Shown here one piece after another: positions 59,101 to 64,000 of a stretch of DNA of 64,000 nt. The stretch is from the NCBI RefSeq assembly GCF_009914755.1, contig NC_060930.1; one strand, 5' to 3'. Origin of the DNA: the human T2T-CHM13v2.0 reference genome, Homo sapiens. Within the stretch, counting starts at the first letter, position 1. Every line of letters begins with the position of its first letter. Below the pieces are notes generated by a model. The model saw only the letters and a program-made list of their open reading frames with translations. It did no database searches and was not told the origin of the DNA. The position numbers and the translations under genes were made by a program.

Positions 59101-62100
59101 ACCCGGCCTCATGATAGTGTCCCAGTGTGCACTCACCTGGCCTGATCATAGTGCCCCAGTGTGTGCTCACGCAGCCTCATCATAGTGGCCCAGTGTACAG
59201 TCACCTGGCCTCATTATACTGTCACAGTGTGCACTCACCCGGCCTCATCATAGTGTCCCAGTGTGCACTCACCTAGCCTCATCATAGTGTCCCAGTGTGC
59301 ACTCAGCTAGCCTGATCATAGTGTCTCAGTGTGCACTCACCTAGCCTCATCATAGTGCCCCAGGGTGCGCTCATCTGGCCTCATGATAGTGTCGCAGTGT
59401 GCTCTCACCTAACGTCATCATAGTGTCCCAGTGTGCAATCACCTAGCCTCATCATAGTGCGCCAGTGTCCGCTCACCTAGCCTCAAGAAAGTGTCCCAGT
59501 GTGTGCTCACCTAGCCTCATCACAGTGCCCCAGTCGGCGCTCACCTAGCCTCATCATAGTGCCCCATTGTTCGCTCACCTAGCCTCATCATAGTGTCCCA
59601 GTGTGCACTCACCTGGCCTCATAATAGTGTCCCAGTGTGCGCTCACCGTGCTTCATCATAGTGAACAAGTGTGCGCTCACCTAGCCTCATTATAGTGTCC
59701 CAGTGTGCGCTCACCCGGCCTCATCATAGTGTCACAGTGTACACTCACCTAGACTCATCATAATGCCCCAGTATCCGCTCACCTAGCCTCATCATAGTGT
59801 CCCAGTGAGCGCTCACCCGGCCTCATCATAGTGCCCCACTGTGCGCTCACCCGGCCTCATCATAGTGTCCCAGTGTGCGCTCACCTGGCCACATCATAGT
59901 GTCCCATCGTGCGCTCACCTAGCCTCATCATAGTGTCCCAGTGTGCGCTCACCTAGCCTCATCATAGTGCCCCAGTGTGCGCTCACCTAGCCTCATTATA
60001 GTGTCCCAGTGTGCGCTCACCCGACCTCATCATAGTGCCCCAGCGTGCACTCAGGTAGCCTCATCATAGTGTCCCAGTGTGCACTCACCCGGCCTCATCA
60101 TAGTGTCCCAGTGTGCGCTCACCTAGCCTCATCATAGTGTCCCAGTGTGCGCTCACCTAGCCTCATCATAGTGTCCCAGTTTGCACTCAGCTAGCCTCAT
60201 CATAGAGTCCCAGTGTGCACTCACCTAGCCTCATCATAGTGTCCCAGTGTGTGCTCATCCAGCCTCATCATAGTGTCGCAGTGTGCACTCACCTAGCCTC
60301 ATCATAGTGTCCCAGTGTGCAATCACGTAGCCTCATGATAGTGCCGCAGTGTGCGCTCACCTGGCCTCAACATACTGTCCCAGTGTGCGGTCACCTAGCC
60401 TCATCATAGTGTCCCAGTGTGCGCTCACCTGGACTCATCATAGTACCGCAGTGTGCACTCACCTGGCCTCATCATAGTGTCCCATTGTCTGCTCACCGAG
60501 CATCATCATAGTGCCCCAGTGTGCGCTCACCCGGCCTCATCATAGTGCCCCACTATGCCCTCACCCGGCCTCATGATAGTGTCCCAGTGTGCACTCACCT
60601 GGCCTGATCATAGTGTCCCAGTGTGCATTGACCTAGTCTCATCATAGTGCCCCAGTGTGCACTCACCTAGGCTCATCATAGTGTCCCAGTGTGCCTCACC
60701 TAGCCTCATCATAGTGTCCCAGTGTGCCCTCAGCCGGCCTCATCATAGTGTCCCAGTGTGCGCTCAACCGGCCTCATAACAGTGCCCCAGTGTGCGCTCA
60801 TCTGGCCTCGTCATAGTGTCCCAGTGTGCGTTCACCTGGCCTCATCATAGTGTCCCACTGTGCACTCACCTGGCCTCATCATAGTGTCCCAGTGTGTGCT
60901 CACCTAGCCTCATCATAGTGTCCCAGTATGCGCTCACCTGGGCCTCATCATAGTGTCCCAGTGTGCGCTCACCTGGCCTCATCATAGTGCCCCAGTGTGC
61001 ATTCACCTAGCCTCATCATAGTGCCCCAGTGTGCACTCACCTAGCCTGATCATAGTGTCCCAGTGTACGCTCACCCGGCCTCATCATAGTGGCCCAGTGT
61101 GCGCTCACCTGGCCTCATCATAGTGTCCCAGGGTGCACTCACCCGGCCTCATCATAGTGTCCCAGTGTGTGCTCACCCGGCCTCATCATACTGTCCCAGT
61201 GTGTGCTCACCCAGCCTCATCATAGTGCCCCAGTGTTCGCTCACCTGGCCTCATCATAGTGTCCCAGAGTGCACTCAACTGGCCTCATCATAGTGACCCA
61301 GTGGGCGCTCACCCGGCATCATCATAGTGTCCCAGTGTGCGCTTACCGGGCCTCATCACAGTGCCCCAGTGTGCGCTCACCCGGCCTCATCATAGTGTCT
61401 CAGTGTGCACTCACCTAGCCTCATCATAGTGTCCCAGTGTCCCCTCACCTAGCCTCATCATAGTGTCCCAGTGTGCACTCACCCGCCCTCACCATAGTGT
61501 GGCAGTGTGCACTCACCCGGCCTCATCATAGTGTCCCAGTGTGCGCTAACGTAGCCTCATCATAGTGTCCCAGTGTCCACTCACATAGCCTCATCATAGT
61601 GCCCCAGTGTGCACTCACCTAGCCTCATCATAGTGCACCAGTGTGCACTCACCTGGCCTCATCATAGTGTCCCAGTGTGCACTCACCTGGCTTCATCATA
61701 GTGTCTCAGTGTGCTCTCACCTGGCCTGATCATAGTGTCACAGTGTCCGCTCACTTAGCCTGATCATAGTGCTCCAGTATCCGCTAACAGCCTCATCACA
61801 GTGCCCCAGTATCCGTTCACCTAGCCTCATCATAGTGTCCCAGTGTGCACTCACCTGGCCTCATCATAGTGCCCCAGTTTGCGCTCAACTTGCCTCATCA
61901 TAGTGTCCCAGCGTGCACTCACCTAGCCTCATCATAGTGCCCCAGTGTGCGTTCACATAGCCTCATAATAGTACCCCACTGTCCGCTCACCGAGCCTCAT
62001 CATAGTGCCCCAGTGTGCACTCACCTAGCCTCATCATAGTGTCCCAGTGTGCGCTCACCTAGCCTCATCATACTGTCCCAGTGTGCGCTCACCTGGCCTC

Positions 62101-64000
62101 ATCATAGTGCCCCAGTGTGCACTCACCTGGCCTCATCATAGTGTCCCAGTGTGCGCTCACCTGGCCTCATCATAGTGTCCCAGTGTGCAGTCACCTAGCC
62201 TGATCATAGTGTCCCAGTGTGCGCTAACCTAGTCTCATCATAGTTTCCCAGTGTGGGCTCATCTAGCCTCATCATAGTGCCCCACTGTCCGCTCACGTAG
62301 CCTCATAATAGTACCGCAGTGTGCACTCACTTAGCCTCATCACAGTGCGCCTGTGTGTGCTCACCTGGCCGCATCATAGTGGCCCAGTGTGCGCTCAGCT
62401 GGCTTCATCATAGTGCCCCAGTGTGCGCTGACGTACCCTCTTCATAGTTTCCCAGTGTGCGCTCACCTAGCCTCATCATAGTGCCCCAGTGTACGCTCAC
62501 CAAGCCTCCCCATAGTGCCCAAGTGTGCGCTCACCTAGCCTCATCACAGTGTCCCAGTGGGCACTCACCCGGCCTCATCATAGTGTCCCAGGGTGCACTC
62601 ACCTAGCCTCATCATAGTGTCCAAGTGTGCGCTCACCCACCCTCATCATAGTGGCCCAGTGTGCGCTCAACTAGACTCATCTTAGTGCCCCAGTGTGCGC
62701 TGACCTACCCTCTTCATAGTGTCCCAGTGTGCGCTCACCTAGCCTCTTCATAGTGTCCCAGTGTGCGCTCACCTAGCCTCATCATAGTGCCCGAGTGTGC
62801 ACTCACCAGGCCTCACCATAGTGCCCCAGTGTGCCCTCACCTACCCTCATCATAGTGTCCCAGTGGGCGCTCACCCGGCCTCATCATAGTGTCCCAGTGT
62901 GCACTCACCTAGCCTCATCATAGTGTCCAAGTGTGCGCTCACCCAGCCTCATCATAGTGTCCCAGTGCGTGCTCACCCGGCCTCATCATAGTATCCCAGT
63001 GTGCACTCTCCCGGCCTCATCATAGTGTCCAAGTGTGCACTCACCTAGCCTCATCAGAGTGTCCCAGTGTGCGCTCACCCGGCCTCATCATAGTGCCCCA
63101 GTGTGCACTCACCAGGCCTCATCATAGTGCCCCAGTGTGCACTCAAGCAGCCTCATCAGAGTGTCGCAGTGTGCGCTCACCTTACCTCATCATAGTGTCC
63201 CAGTGTGCGCTCACCCGGCCTCATCATAGTGTCCCAGTGTGCGCTCACCTAGCCTCATCAAAGTGTCCCAGTGTGCGCTCACCTGCCCTCATCATAGTGC
63301 CCCAGTGTGCGCTCACCTAGCCTCATCATAGTGTCCCAGTGTGCGCTCACCTAGCCTCAGCATAGTGTCCTTTTATCCGCTCACCTAGCCTCATCAAAGT
63401 GCCCCAGTGTGCGCTCACCTAGCCTCATCACACTGCCCCAGTGTGCGCTCACCTAACCTCATCATAGTGTCCCATTGTGCGTTCACCTAGCCGCATCAGA
63501 GTGTCCCAGTGTGTGCTCACCCGGCCTCATCATAGTGGCCCAGTGTACACTCACCTGGCCTCATTATACTGTCCCAGTGTGCACTCACCTGGCCTCATCA
63601 TAGTGTCCCAGTGTGCACTCACCTAGCCTCATCATAGTGTCCCAGTGTGCACTCAGCTAGCCTGATCATAGTGTCCCAGTGTGCACTCACCTAGCCTCAT
63701 CATAGTGCCCCAGGGTGCGCTCATCTGGCCTCATGATAGTGTCGCAGTGTGCACTCACCTAACGTCATCATAGTGTCCCAGTGTGCAATCACCTAGCCTC
63801 ATCATAGTGCGCCAGTGTCCGCTCACCTAGCCTCATCAAAGTGTCCCATTGTGTGCTCACCTAGCCTCATCACAGTGCCCCAGTCGGCGCTCACCTAGCC
63901 TCATCATAGTGCCCCATTGTTCGCTCACCTAGCCTCATCATAGTGTCCCAGTGGGCACTCACCTGGCCTCATAATAGTGTCCCAGTGTGCGCTCACCGTG
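44133..64000. repeat. Giant 34-bp VNTR in the TMEM242 intron (>19.8 kb, about 580 units, continues past the window)
   Basis: Consensus catagtgYcccagtgtgcRctcaccYRgcctcat repeated head-to-tail from 44133 to the end of the window. Confidence 0.99.

Noticed and set aside
44133-64000. CRISPR-like array, or Cys/His-rich zinc-finger-like ORFs
   Set aside because: Units are contiguous with no unique spacers and there are no cas genes; the short ORFs arise only where variants remove the recurring stop codons.

Overview
Human genomic DNA, recognisable as the 3' half of TMEM242 (minus strand) plus about 22 kb of downstream intergenic sequence; the 6q25.3 location is recalled, not computed. The only intact coding sequence is the TMEM242 terminal exon (26678-26776, MNDFRSKMQSIFPTIPKNSESAVEWEETLKSK*), followed by a long 3' UTR. 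The last intron holds a same-strand disabled LDHAL6B-type retrogene (probably LDHAL6FP), a young AluYa5, an inverted Alu pair only 40 bp apart, and a 34-bp tandem array of more than 19.8 kb (about 580 units) that runs off the right end. On the TMEM242 sense strand nearly every 34-bp unit carries a consensus or near-consensus 5' splice site (CAG/TAG/CGG|GTGAGT/C). On the plus strand nearly every unit carries a metal-response-element core (TGCRCNC). The array also shows multi-kb higher-order duplications. The intergenic part has an orphan CpG island, a 1.9-kb (ACC)n-derived repeat, 23-bp and 40-bp VNTRs, a probable retroposed 3'-UTR fragment, and many Alu/MIR/L2/MER/MLT elements. Most ORFs in the supplied track are repeat artefacts.
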